59,013 nucleotides of DNA from the UHGV virus genome UHGV-0049545; one strand, written 5' to 3'. The first letter of the stretch is position 1; each line of letters begins with the position of its first letter. The notes under the pieces were generated by a model that worked only from the letters and a program-made list of their open reading frames with translations, did not search any database and was not told the origin of the DNA. Shown in pieces: positions 1 through 8,102 of the stretch. The position numbers and the translations under genes are program-made. Origin of the DNA: a virus.

Positions 1-80
1 AGGCGGCAAATGTTGTAGCCGTAAGTGTCACGACCGCGGGAGACAGACCAGGACAGTGCCAGACGTTTAAGATTTTTCAT
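1..80 (-). CDS. N-terminal 26 codons (MKNLKRLALSWSVSRGRDTYGYNICR...) of a leftward gene that runs off the window start; reads in frame into 59013..58656 if the ends are joined
   Basis: ATG at 80-78 preceded by GAGGT SD (complement of 88-84). The 54-nt 5'UTR and promoter are duplicated at 56535-56612. Confidence 0.45.
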   Translation of the reverse strand, partial: MKNLKRLALSWSVSRGRDTYGYNICR

Positions 81-84
81 TTTG

Positions 85-192
85 TACCTCGTTTATGTTG
101 TTTCGTTGTCTGCGTATCCCCGCCGGGTGAGATAAATGTAATATGCACACGGAACGAGTGCAACCCCATAACCGGATTTATTTCATTTTTGC
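85..192. repeat. Copy A of a ~105-bp direct repeat (copy B at 56541-56642) covering the leftward promoter, its upstream flank and a long 5'UTR
   Basis: Aligned by eye, about 90% identical. Sequence outside the block is unrelated. Confidence 0.8.
135..163 (-). promoter_or_regulatory. Leftward sigma70-like promoter PL1: -35 TTGCAC (163-158), 17-nt spacer, -10 TACATT (140-135)
   Basis: Read on the minus strand: TTGCACtcgttccgtgtgcatatTACATT. The spacer carries the CGTTCCGTG / CGTGTGCA core shared with the rightward promoters. Confidence 0.6.
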
Positions 193-402
193 TTTCCACG
201 TCACCCCAGGGCGCGCCGCCCCGCCGTCATCCAACCGGGATCAACACCCCTGCAACCCGCGCCACGCCTGGCTCGCGGGCCTTCCCTCCCATCGGCGCCA
301 TTCCAGCGAAACCAATAAAATCAATGACTTACAAAAATCGCACCTTTTTCGGGATCCATGGGGACGCCGAAATCCGGATTTTCTATAAAAATTTTGGACT
401 TC

Positions 403-670
403 CTTACTTGGGCGATCTAGCGGGCTGAAAATTTTTAGCGGTGCGCGCTTACTTGGCCGATCCAGCGGGCTGAAACCCGGCGGCGGGCCGCGCCAGCCGG
501 GTCGGCGCCATGGCCCGGGCCGGTGGCCATGCCTGGCGATCCTCGATGTAAAATCCCTGCGGCGCCACGGGGCCATCCCGCAAAAACCATGGCCGGAGCC
601 ATACATGTTCGGGTCTTACTTGGCCGATCTAGCAGGCTGAAATTTCTTACTTGGCGATCGCGGCAGGTTG
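403..670. repeat. Iteron array: 28-bp direct repeat CTTACTTGGCCGATCYAGCRGGCTGAAA at 403-430, 448-475, 615-642 and a partial copy at 646-670; each copy contains GATC
   Basis: Read directly. GATC at 414, 459, 626, 656, plus 353 and 538. A GC-rich 139-bp spacer separates copies 2 and 3. Confidence 0.8.
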
Positions 671-687
671 TCGTTCAGTGAAAACGA

Positions 688-716
688 TTGACACACGGAA
701 CGTATGCAACTACATT
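688..716 (+). promoter_or_regulatory. Early promoter P1: TTGACA (688-693), N17, TACATT (711-716), spacer ...CACGGAACGTATGCAAC
   Basis: Consensus -35, 17-bp spacer, reasonable -10. One of four near-identical copies. First gene ATG at 758. Confidence 0.7.
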
Positions 717-757
717 TCAGCGTGACCGATACGCAAATTTAACGACGGAGAATACCG

Positions 758-1135
758 ATGAACGACGCGATTATCCTGGATGACCTGACGCCGGCCATGA
801 TGACCATGGAGACGGACGTGGAACTGCCGTCAGGTATCCGGGCTAACAGTATCACTGGCAACCTGATCGGCCTCAAGCCGGGCGAGGTCTACGTTTATGC
901 GCAGGAGCTGGACAGCAGCAAGGCGCTGGTAGACCTGCAGACCGAAGCCACGGCGCTGCGCTACAAAATGCGTAACGGCGTGTCGTCTTCCCTGCGTAAC
1001 GCCAAACGGGCCTGCAATAGTCAGTTCTCACTGGAAACGGCGCTGGTCATGTACCCGTCGGGCCGTGCGTTTATCCAGGTGGCGATCAAGCGCGTTGATG
1101 ACGGCGCCGGCACCCCGGAAGACGACGAAGTTTAA
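758..1135 (+). CDS. hypothetical early protein, C-terminus ...PEDDEV
   Basis: First ORF downstream of P1; acidic C-terminal tail. Confidence 0.55.
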   Translation: MNDAIILDDLTPAMMTMETDVELPSGIRANSITGNLIGLKPGEVYVYAQELDSSKALVDLQTEATALRYKMRNGVSSSLRNAKRACNSQFSLETALVMYPSGRAFIQVAIKRVDDGAGTPEDDEV

Positions 1136-1194
1136 TTCTGTAGGACGCGGCACCTCTTTTTTGCCGTACCACCCTTTTCACCCGGAGACACCAC

Positions 1195-1644
1195 ATGACC
1201 ACGTCAGAAGCATTCGAAGAACTGGACCTTAGCGACGGCCGTGAAGCCACGATTGCTCGTCAGTACGGCTACGATGAGCAGCGCGGGTCCATCAGGGTTG
1301 AAAACCCGAATGGCGATATTGACGCTATCAGCCGGCTTACCCGTGATGATGCCATTGCGCTGATTGCTGCGCTGCAGCGGGCGTTCGATATCCCTGACCG
1401 CGCCGCCGAACTGGAACTGCTGCTGGAGATGCGCGAAGAGACGACCCTGAACCTCATGGAGAAGTCCGTCATGGCAGGCATCGCGAACATCATGTACGAG
1501 AACGGCCTGAAACGCGCCACCATCACCCCGCAGAACGTTATGTCCGGCTTTGTGCCATCGCTGTCGATCGACGTCAGCGTGCCGGGCGTCGTCATCTACA
1601 CCCTGAACGGAGAACCGCTCAATGGAAAACCCGACACCGAGTAA
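1195..1644 (+). CDS. hypothetical protein
   Basis: ORF with upstream GGAGA, same orientation as the operon. Confidence 0.5.
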   Translation: MTTSEAFEELDLSDGREATIARQYGYDEQRGSIRVENPNGDIDAISRLTRDDAIALIAALQRAFDIPDRAAELELLLEMREETTLNLMEKSVMAGIANIMYENGLKRATITPQNVMSGFVPSLSIDVSVPGVVIYTLNGEPLNGKPDTE

Positions 1645-1966
1645 TGCCGCGCTGGCGGTGAACCGCGTTGCGGCGCCGCGCAAACGACTCGACGCTGGCC
1701 CGGCGTTCCGCTCACTGGAAGACAAATACGCCGTCGCAATTTATGCCACCCATACAGGTTCGGCCATCGTAGGCAACCGCGGTACCGGCAATGTGCTGTT
1801 CAGCTTTGGCGATCATGCGCGAGCGAAGGGTGGAAAGGCCCAGGGGTCCGAACAGGTTAGCCAGATGATCCACTACATCATCGGGCTGCTGTACTGGGCC
1901 AACACCCACATGCCCACGCCGGAAGTCGCAGCCGTACTGGCTGACATCGCCGGCGAAAAACACTAA
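1622..1966 (+). CDS. hypothetical protein
   Basis: ORF overlapping the end of the upstream gene. Confidence 0.45.
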   Translation: MENPTPSNAALAVNRVAAPRKRLDAGPAFRSLEDKYAVAIYATHTGSAIVGNRGTGNVLFSFGDHARAKGGKAQGSEQVSQMIHYIIGLLYWANTHMPTPEVAAVLADIAGEKH

Positions 1967-1978
1967 GAAGGAAATCCC

Positions 1979-2284
1979 ATGTCAAATAAAGCCGACTATT
2001 TCGATATCCTTGTAGACCTGGCTCGCCAGGAGGCGGCAAAGGCTATCGAAAAATACCCGCAGCCGAATTACACCATGCTGAAATTCTCGGAAGAGGCAGG
2101 CGAGGTGATCAAGGGCGCAGTGCATTACGCGGAGGGCCGTGATACCTGGGTCCACGTCGAAGAAGAGATCGTGCAGACCCTGGCCATGCTAATCCGCTTC
2201 CTGCGTGAAGGTGATGGCGTCAATAAAATCTACCCGCCGAAAGACCTGCGCGATGCCATGCGAGGGAACCGTGATGCCTGTTAA
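1979..2284 (+). CDS. MazG-like nucleoside triphosphate pyrophosphohydrolase (all-alpha NTP-PPase)
   Basis: About 100 aa with an EEAGEV-type EExxE metal-binding motif typical of the MazG/HisE family; GAAGGAAAT SD. Confidence 0.6.
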   Translation: MSNKADYFDILVDLARQEAAKAIEKYPQPNYTMLKFSEEAGEVIKGAVHYAEGRDTWVHVEEEIVQTLAMLIRFLREGDGVNKIYPPKDLRDAMRGNRDAC

Positions 2285-2594
2285 CTATCGGATGGAATAC
2301 GCGCTGAAGGCGCGAGAGGCGATCGACGCGCTCGGCATTTCTGCCGTTATCAATATTCTGACGAAGCATATCGGCAAGCATTCTTCTGCTGAGATGACGG
2401 AAGCAGAGGTTATCGAAGCCACTAAAATTCTTGACTTTAAAATCACGCAGTCACTGGAATGGAATAACATCCGGGCAGAAGAATGGCGTAAAGAGCGTCA
2501 GGCGGCAGAGGAACGCGACCGCTGGAATGCACAGGTGGAGAAGCGCAAGGAAGACCGCCAGCGCCGCCGTAACGAAAAGAGAGCACGCGGATGA
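2274..2594 (+). CDS. hypothetical protein with K/R/E-rich C-terminus
   Basis: ATG 2274 behind GAGGGAACC SD. The longer ORF from 2205 would overlap the upstream gene by 80 nt. Confidence 0.45.
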   Translation: MPVNYRMEYALKAREAIDALGISAVINILTKHIGKHSSAEMTEAEVIEATKILDFKITQSLEWNNIRAEEWRKERQAAEERDRWNAQVEKRKEDRQRRRNEKRARG

Positions 2595-2923
2595 ATACCG
2601 AATTACTGCAGGCGTACGCGAAGACCCGCGCTGACCGTCTCGACCAGGTGCGCAGTAAGATCGCCATCCTGAACAACATTATCGCCGACATCGAGGATGA
2701 AGCGACCCGGGTGTATACCGAAGTCCTCGGCAACACGATGGTCGACCCTGACGCTGACGAAGGCGCCTTTGTCAAGGTCGATAAAGAGTATGCCGAAATG
2801 GCGGCAGACCTGCGTAGCGCCCGGGAGACGAACCGTGTGCTGCTGGCCCATCTAACCGCCGCCCTTGTGCGTGCGCCATTCCTGAATCTGTTTGCAAACG
2901 GAGATACCCCCAATGAAAGTTAA
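2591..2923 (+). CDS. hypothetical coiled-coil protein
   Basis: ATGA overlap with the upstream gene. Confidence 0.45.
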   Translation: MNTELLQAYAKTRADRLDQVRSKIAILNNIIADIEDEATRVYTEVLGNTMVDPDADEGAFVKVDKEYAEMAADLRSARETNRVLLAHLTAALVRAPFLNLFANGDTPNES

Positions 2924-3983
2924 AGGCTTTGAGAAAGTCATTATTCTGCATCTCGGCGCGCTCTTTGGCGCCGCAAACGCTGGCGAGAAGTCGGTAAAGA
3001 GCTTCCACCGCACGCTGCTGAACACGCCGAACATGGATGAAATGTCGGTCCATGAATTCGCCGCCGGCCGCGTGAGCGATCTGCTGGCGAAGCACGAAGT
3101 GAAAGACCCGATCGGCTATAAGACGATTGGCTTTGCGCCGTACGCGGACTATGTGGGCGGCAAGTTCGCCATGGGTATCCCCGGCACTAACGCGATCGTG
3201 CTGCAGGCCGAAAAGCGTGAACGCGTGCTGCCCGGCGTCAGCGTGCGCAACGAAGTGACGAAGCGTATGGACACCTGGCGCGAGAAAGAGATCGAAGGCT
3301 GGGAGCCGACCCGGAAAGACTGGGCGCAGCTGAAAGACGATGTCGAAGCCGAAATGCTGAAAACCGCGCCTATCCGCCCGACCCGCTACAACGTGATCAT
3401 CGCCGTCCCGTACGTCTATGTGTTCACCACCAGCGCCAAGACCTCCGAAGAGATCAACTCCCTGCTGCGTGCCGCATTCGGCACCTGGCCCGTGGAACCC
3501 CTGCTGATCAATGACTTCGTGCTGCGTCAGTCAATGGAGAAGGTCGTACGCGGCAACATCGATGGTGTCACCGGCGACGACTTCATCCACATCAAGCACG
3601 ATGACGGCGACGACGTGAAGTTCAAGGACATTGACATCCACAAGGACGAAGTGGTCCTCGACTACCTGGCGCGGCATTACACGGTTCGGGCGCTGAACAT
3701 GCGGATCGACGAAGGCGAGATGCGCCCGGGCGTGGGCAACGTGTTCTTCCGCCTGACCGACAAGGCGATCATCTCCGGGATCCACATCGGCGAGGCGGAC
3801 GTTGACGCCAACTATGAAGCCACCCTGGAACGCTACAACAATGACAGCGGCACGTTCCTGACCTACATGGCCAACCTGTTCCAGACGGTGCTGTCGCTGC
3901 AGGACGTCATTGACGTCTTTCGCGATAAGATGGACATCACGGTTGAGGTCGACGCGCAGCTGGAAGACGACGACGAGGTGTGA
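2913..3983 (+). CDS. rdgC: RdgC-like recombination-associated protein, C-terminus ...LEDDDEV
   Basis: The central region aligns by eye with E. coli RdgC: ...EKRERVLPG..., ...LKDDVEAEMLKTAPIRPTRYNVIIAVPYVYVFTTSAKTSEEINSLLRAAFGTWPVEPL versus RdgC ...[60 protein letters not shown]. ATG 2913 behind GGAGA. Confidence 0.55.
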   Translation: MKVKGFEKVIILHLGALFGAANAGEKSVKSFHRTLLNTPNMDEMSVHEFAAGRVSDLLAKHEVKDPIGYKTIGFAPYADYVGGKFAMGIPGTNAIVLQAEKRERVLPGVSVRNEVTKRMDTWREKEIEGWEPTRKDWAQLKDDVEAEMLKTAPIRPTRYNVIIAVPYVYVFTTSAKTSEEINSLLRAAFGTWPVEPLLINDFVLRQSMEKVVRGNIDGVTGDDFIHIKHDDGDDVKFKDIDIHKDEVVLDYLARHYTVRALNMRIDEGEMRPGVGNVFFRLTDKAIISGIHIGEADVDANYEATLERYNNDSGTFLTYMANLFQTVLSLQDVIDVFRDKMDITVEVDAQLEDDDEV

Positions 3984-3984
3984 C

Positions 3985-4212
3985 ATGGCAGGCCGTAAAC
4001 ACGCTAAACCGAATCCCCACATCGCCGAGCATAAACGCCTGCTTGGCGCTATGGCTGTCGGCGAGTCCTTCTTCGTGAGCGGCAAGCGGCCTGCGGACCT
4101 GGGCTACGTGCGGCGCCTCGGGTACCAGCTGGGGTATAAGCTGGCGATCCGCTGGGTGCTGCGCGACCCGATTTACGGCCGCATGGGATCCCGCGTCATG
4201 AGGGTGGGCTGA
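3985..4212 (+). CDS. hypothetical basic protein
   Basis: ATG 3985, coupled to the upstream stop via GAGGTGTGAcATG. Confidence 0.4.
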   Translation: MAGRKHAKPNPHIAEHKRLLGAMAVGESFFVSGKRPADLGYVRRLGYQLGYKLAIRWVLRDPIYGRMGSRVMRVG

Positions 4213-4213
4213 T

Positions 4214-4486
4214 ATGGGCTACCTGGCGAAGAAACGGACGGCGTACTGGCAGGACAAAAAGACGGGCCAGATCATCAAGACCCGTCAGCCCGAGTCCTAT
4301 ACGCCATGCCGCGAGTGGTTCATCTATTTCCGGGAAGTCCGGCTGCTGCATAACGCGGCCGCCGGGCAGGTCTGCGCAGAGGATGCCGGCACCTGCCTGT
4401 CGTACCTGGACGACCCGTACTGGACGGAAGTCGACCTGGAAACTTTCACCTACTGGGATTTGATTTATCGCAATCCTGACGTATAG
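4214..4486 (+). CDS. hypothetical protein
   Basis: ORF; last gene of operon 1. Confidence 0.45.
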   Translation: MGYLAKKRTAYWQDKKTGQIIKTRQPESYTPCREWFIYFREVRLLHNAAAGQVCAEDAGTCLSYLDDPYWTEVDLETFTYWDLIYRNPDV

Positions 4487-4534
4487 TGATCGGGACATGG
4501 GATGAATCTTCATGCTCGGTGTTCCACTGCATTA

Positions 4535-4567
4535 AAGCCCGGCGCGCTTTGCCCGGGCTTCTTTTTT
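4535..4567 (+). terminator. Rho-independent terminator ending operon 1 (AAGCCCGG-loop-CCGGGCTT, then TTTTTT)
   Basis: 8-bp GC stem plus a T6 run, immediately upstream of P2. Confidence 0.75.
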
Positions 4568-4582
4568 GCCTGCAGAAAGCGT

Positions 4583-4611
4583 TTGACACACGAATCGTGT
4601 TCAGCTACATT
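4583..4611 (+). promoter_or_regulatory. Early promoter P2: TTGACA (4583-4588), N17, TACATT (4606-4611); spacer ACACGAATCGTGT is a perfect palindrome
   Basis: Read directly; gene ATG at 4641. Confidence 0.7.
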
Positions 4612-4640
4612 TCTCAGGAGTCCACAAAAAGGAACATCCC

Positions 4641-5408
4641 ATGAAGAAGCACTTAATGTCGTTTGGCCGCTTTGACCAGAATCGAATCGGCAAACAGACC
4701 ATCTACATTTTCCCCCTCCCACACGGCCCGCGCTGCATCGTCCGCGTCGAATACGACCCGATCGAGGAAGAGACGGCGGTACGCATCCACAACACAGAGG
4801 AACGCAGCTGGCCGGATATCGCCGACTTCGTTCCGGACCTGTCAGAATGGTTCGGGCAGCTGTATCACGCCCTCTTCAACGAGCCGGACCCCCGCTTCAC
4901 CCGCAACGGCAAACAGGTCGTTTTTCCGGCCATCATCCTCGATGTAATTCTGCATGACCGCACCGACGGCAACGGGCAGGACGAAGGGTCCGCCGACCGC
5001 CTGGCGAAGATGCTGGAGGATTTCGACCTCATCGGTGCGCCGGCGCCACGCGATACTGTATGCGCGCTGATCATGTGCGTCATGCTGGAAGAGGAATACG
5101 CCGTCGGGTCGACCCGCTGTGACCTCTGGTGGCAGCGCTCATGGCTCCAGCGCGGCCTGCTGCGCTCCGGCCTGTGCAATCCCTACTCACACCCACGCCC
5201 GCCTCTCCGCGAGCTGGCCCAGGCGCCTCGCCAGTGGCACTGGGAACGCAATGGCATCGCGTCAGACCGTCCGGATGATAACTGGGCCATGATCGAGAAC
5301 TGCTTCAACCGGTCATTCCGTGCGGCGCTGGTAGTTGACGTGTGGCAACCGTGGGCGGTGAACGGCAACGCCCTGCAGCTGATCCGGGAAGAGGACATCG
5401 AAGTATGA
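4641..5408 (+). CDS. hypothetical protein, C-terminus ...EEDIEV
   Basis: ORF behind AAAGGAA SD. Confidence 0.5.
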   Translation: MKKHLMSFGRFDQNRIGKQTIYIFPLPHGPRCIVRVEYDPIEEETAVRIHNTEERSWPDIADFVPDLSEWFGQLYHALFNEPDPRFTRNGKQVVFPAIILDVILHDRTDGNGQDEGSADRLAKMLEDFDLIGAPAPRDTVCALIMCVMLEEEYAVGSTRCDLWWQRSWLQRGLLRSGLCNPYSHPRPPLRELAQAPRQWHWERNGIASDRPDDNWAMIENCFNRSFRAALVVDVWQPWAVNGNALQLIREEDIEV

Positions 5409-5812
5409 CCGCCAGCGCAGAAGACCGGGCAAAAGCGGACTGGCTGCGCCCGTACAAAGACCACCTGCTTTTCCCGGCGACCAGCATTGCTATCGAAGTG
5501 CATGGGCCGGAGAAGAAAGAGTGCCGGGATATCGCCGAGGCTATCGACATGATCGTAACGCTCATGCTGTGCATGAAAGAACACGGCAATGACAAGGCGG
5601 CGATCCAGTCCTGCGCGCAGGCGTTAAACCGCCGCGTGGAAGACCCGTACAACAAAGTTTTCCTGACAAAAGTAATGACGGCACTCATGCCCGACGCTGT
5701 CATCCGGACCCGGGTGAAAGAGATGGCCCAGCGGGACTGGAAATCCCAGCGTCAGATGATACGTGAAGGGGTATGGCCGGCGTGGATGATGGAGGACACC
5801 GATGGAAACTAA
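5405..5812 (+). CDS. hypothetical protein
   Basis: ATGA overlap with the upstream gene. Confidence 0.45.
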   Translation: MTASAEDRAKADWLRPYKDHLLFPATSIAIEVHGPEKKECRDIAEAIDMIVTLMLCMKEHGNDKAAIQSCAQALNRRVEDPYNKVFLTKVMTALMPDAVIRTRVKEMAQRDWKSQRQMIREGVWPAWMMEDTDGN

Positions 5813-6284
5813 CGGCCACAAAAACGCTATCCAGCAATCGGACCAGATGTTCTGTTCCTGGTGCGGGAAGACGTGGGATATTAATGACCCGTACCCGCCG
5901 GAGTGTTCGGAAGAACGCCATGCGACGACCGTTTGGTATACCGGAACCGTGAAAGGAAGTAGCGCCCGTTTTCCCGCGATACCACAAAACCTTCCACGCG
6001 ATGATTCAAATACGGCGCAGGCGTATTACCTGCAGCGCCGCGGAGTCGGCTTTGTGGTCTGGGCGAATGGCCCGAAAGAAGCGTATAACTACGCCGTACG
6101 CGTTGGGATGCGACCGACATACATGCGCCGCATCGATATCCCGGACCGCGCGTACGACGTGAAGACGCCGCGTGCGGAGATAAACCCGCTGACCCTGGAG
6201 CTGGTGCGCAGCCGTTACCCGAATTTCGGTGAGGTCATCACCCCAGTCCAGTTCGTGTCGCGACAGAAGGAAAAACGGAAATGA
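5802..6284 (+). CDS. hypothetical protein with N-terminal Cys4 (CxxC...C...C) motif
   Basis: ORF; putative zinc ribbon. Confidence 0.45.
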   Translation: METNGHKNAIQQSDQMFCSWCGKTWDINDPYPPECSEERHATTVWYTGTVKGSSARFPAIPQNLPRDDSNTAQAYYLQRRGVGFVVWANGPKEAYNYAVRVGMRPTYMRRIDIPDRAYDVKTPRAEINPLTLELVRSRYPNFGEVITPVQFVSRQKEKRK

Positions 6285-6604
6285 GCAGAGTTACCAACGT
6301 CGTAGTTATGTGCGATACCCTTACCGAGCATTACGGGGTATTCCTGCGGTCCGTTGACCGCTGGTTCCGGGAACATACCGGCACCAGTCTTCGTTCCGTA
6401 GGCCACATGGCCGGCGGCGATAAAAACATGGAATGCAGCGTCTCCATTGGTGCTTTCAACCACCTGGACGTGGATGGGTTTTTCAAAGCGCTCCCGGGTT
6501 TTGTCGAAACTAAACGGATGGACGCGGACAGCGGCTTCATCCTCGTAACCGCTACCACCCAGGAGAACGAAATCATCACATGGAGGCATCAAGTTGAGTT
6601 CTGA
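6281..6604 (+). CDS. hypothetical protein
   Basis: ATGA overlap. Confidence 0.45.
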   Translation: MSRVTNVVVMCDTLTEHYGVFLRSVDRWFREHTGTSLRSVGHMAGGDKNMECSVSIGAFNHLDVDGFFKALPGFVETKRMDADSGFILVTATTQENEIITWRHQVEF

Positions 6605-7307
6605 ATACGTTGACAACCTCATCGCGCTGAAAGCCCGGGAAGCGCATGACCTGAAAGAGATAGGCGACCAGTGGCGGACACCGGACTGGCTGTTCTTCGC
6701 GCTGGACAAGCTGTTCGGCCCGCTGGTGCTCGACCTGTTCACCGATGGCCAGAACGCCAAATGCCCGCGCTACTACACCGCCGAGGACAACGCGCTGCGC
6801 CAGGACTGGGCGGGCCGGCTGAAAAGGATACAGGCGGAACTGGAGGCCGAGGCGGAAGTGTACGACGTCGCCGATCACGTCCAGCGGGTATGGGGTTTCG
6901 CTAACCCACCGTACAGCCGTAACCGTGCGGCGGAAGTGCCGCTGACCGGCATGGTCAATATCATGGCCAAGGCGGAAGAGGAACGGAAGAAAGGCGCGGG
7001 TACGGTCTGGGTGATCAAAGCGGCAACCGCTGAAACATGGTGGCCCGATACCATCGCCACGCGCACCATATTCATCAAAGGGCGCATCGGTTTCGAACCG
7101 CCGGTATGGTTCAAAGCGAAGAAGGGCGCCGCTGGCGCAACGTCCGCGGGCTTCGGCGCCGCGATAGTCATCTTCGACCCGGAAGACGAAGAAAAACATG
7201 CCCCGGAGTACATCTCCCGGGAAGCGCTCATGGATATCGGGCTTCCATGGACCACGATGATGCAGGACGTCCGCGAGAAGTGGATCGCCCAGTGGGACGA
7301 GGTGTGA
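6594..7307 (+). CDS. phage-type DNA N6-adenine methyltransferase (Dam-like), TTG start behind GGAGG
   Basis: WRTPDWLFFALDKLFGPLVLDLFTD...CPRYYTAEDNAL and NPPYS match the phage N6A-methyltransferase family signature. Confidence 0.75.
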   Translation: MSSEYVDNLIALKAREAHDLKEIGDQWRTPDWLFFALDKLFGPLVLDLFTDGQNAKCPRYYTAEDNALRQDWAGRLKRIQAELEAEAEVYDVADHVQRVWGFANPPYSRNRAAEVPLTGMVNIMAKAEEERKKGAGTVWVIKAATAETWWPDTIATRTIFIKGRIGFEPPVWFKAKKGAAGATSAGFGAAIVIFDPEDEEKHAPEYISREALMDIGLPWTTMMQDVREKWIAQWDEV

Positions 7308-7308
7308 G

Positions 7309-7572
7309 ATGAAAGAAGTTCGTGTTCATAAACGTGAGGTCAAAACCATGAAATTAACCAAAACAGTAACCCGTAACGGCAAGATCACCGAAGTGAAAAC
7401 GTTCGACGTGGAAGTCCGCCGGGATGACCACGGCGTCAAACTATGGTGCGGCGATGACTGGTATCTGGACCAGAACAAAGTCGGGAAGACGATCAACCCA
7501 GACCCTTTCACCGAGGTCGTCTGGTCAGTCGGCGAAGAGGAAGGAAAGAATGCCAAAGCCAAACGTGTATAA
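7309..7572 (+). CDS. hypothetical protein
   Basis: Coupled via GAGGTGTGAgATG. Confidence 0.45.
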   Translation: MKEVRVHKREVKTMKLTKTVTRNGKITEVKTFDVEVRRDDHGVKLWCGDDWYLDQNKVGKTINPDPFTEVVWSVGEEEGKNAKAKRV

Positions 7573-7942
7573 CGATGGCGTAATTGGCGAGCAGGTAAGC
7601 CTGGCGGACGGGTATGACCCGGACGCCTGGTACTACCATCCCGTCTTCTTCCACGCCAGTAATAACTACGATGGGTCCAATCTCGACGCGCTGCTGGACG
7701 TATACAACCTGGAGCTGAACGGCTTCTACATGGGGGAAGGCTATCCGCGAGCGCTGGAAGTACCGCTGCGAGTGGCGTACGACAACGCGAATACGGACGA
7801 GATGCGCGCCTCTGTGCTGCGTACCTGGATGCCGCGCCCGACGTCGCTTAACGGGTCCGGCTGGTTCCTCCTGTATACGGCGCCGACGGAATTCGATGGT
7901 CCGTATGCCTGTTTCGCGAGGGTCAAAGATGGCCAGAAATAA
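7550..7942 (+). CDS. hypothetical protein
   Basis: ATG 7550 behind AAGGAAAG. Confidence 0.45.
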   Translation: MPKPNVYNDGVIGEQVSLADGYDPDAWYYHPVFFHASNNYDGSNLDALLDVYNLELNGFYMGEGYPRALEVPLRVAYDNANTDEMRASVLRTWMPRPTSLNGSGWFLLYTAPTEFDGPYACFARVKDGQK

Positions 7943-8102
7943 ATACGTGGCTATGTGTTGCTACTGCAAAAAGCCAGTGCCGGCCGGCGCCGGGTATCTT
8001 GAAAGGTCTGCGTCCGGAACGTGGACTACGATCCATGCCGATTGTGCGGTCAAAAGACGCGAAGAGAAGAAGGCGCAGAATGGCATACATAAACGGCTCT
8101 AA
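7929..8102 (+). CDS. small Cys-rich protein (CCYCKK...C)
   Basis: Short ORF, tentative. Confidence 0.3.
   Translation: MARNKYVAMCCYCKKPVPAGAGYLERSASGTWTTIHADCAVKRREEKKAQNGIHKRL

Noticed and set aside
143-606. ORFs 143..388(+), 189..428(+) and 241..606(-) in the first kilobase
   Set aside because: They overlap the iteron array and promoter blocks and are R/P/G-rich with no SD. I treat the region as regulatory noncoding DNA.
403-670. Possible CRISPR array, since 28-bp direct repeats are present
   Set aside because: Only 3.5 copies, spacers of 17, 139 and 3 bp, repeats not palindromic, no cas genes. They fit iterons or binding sites, not CRISPR.
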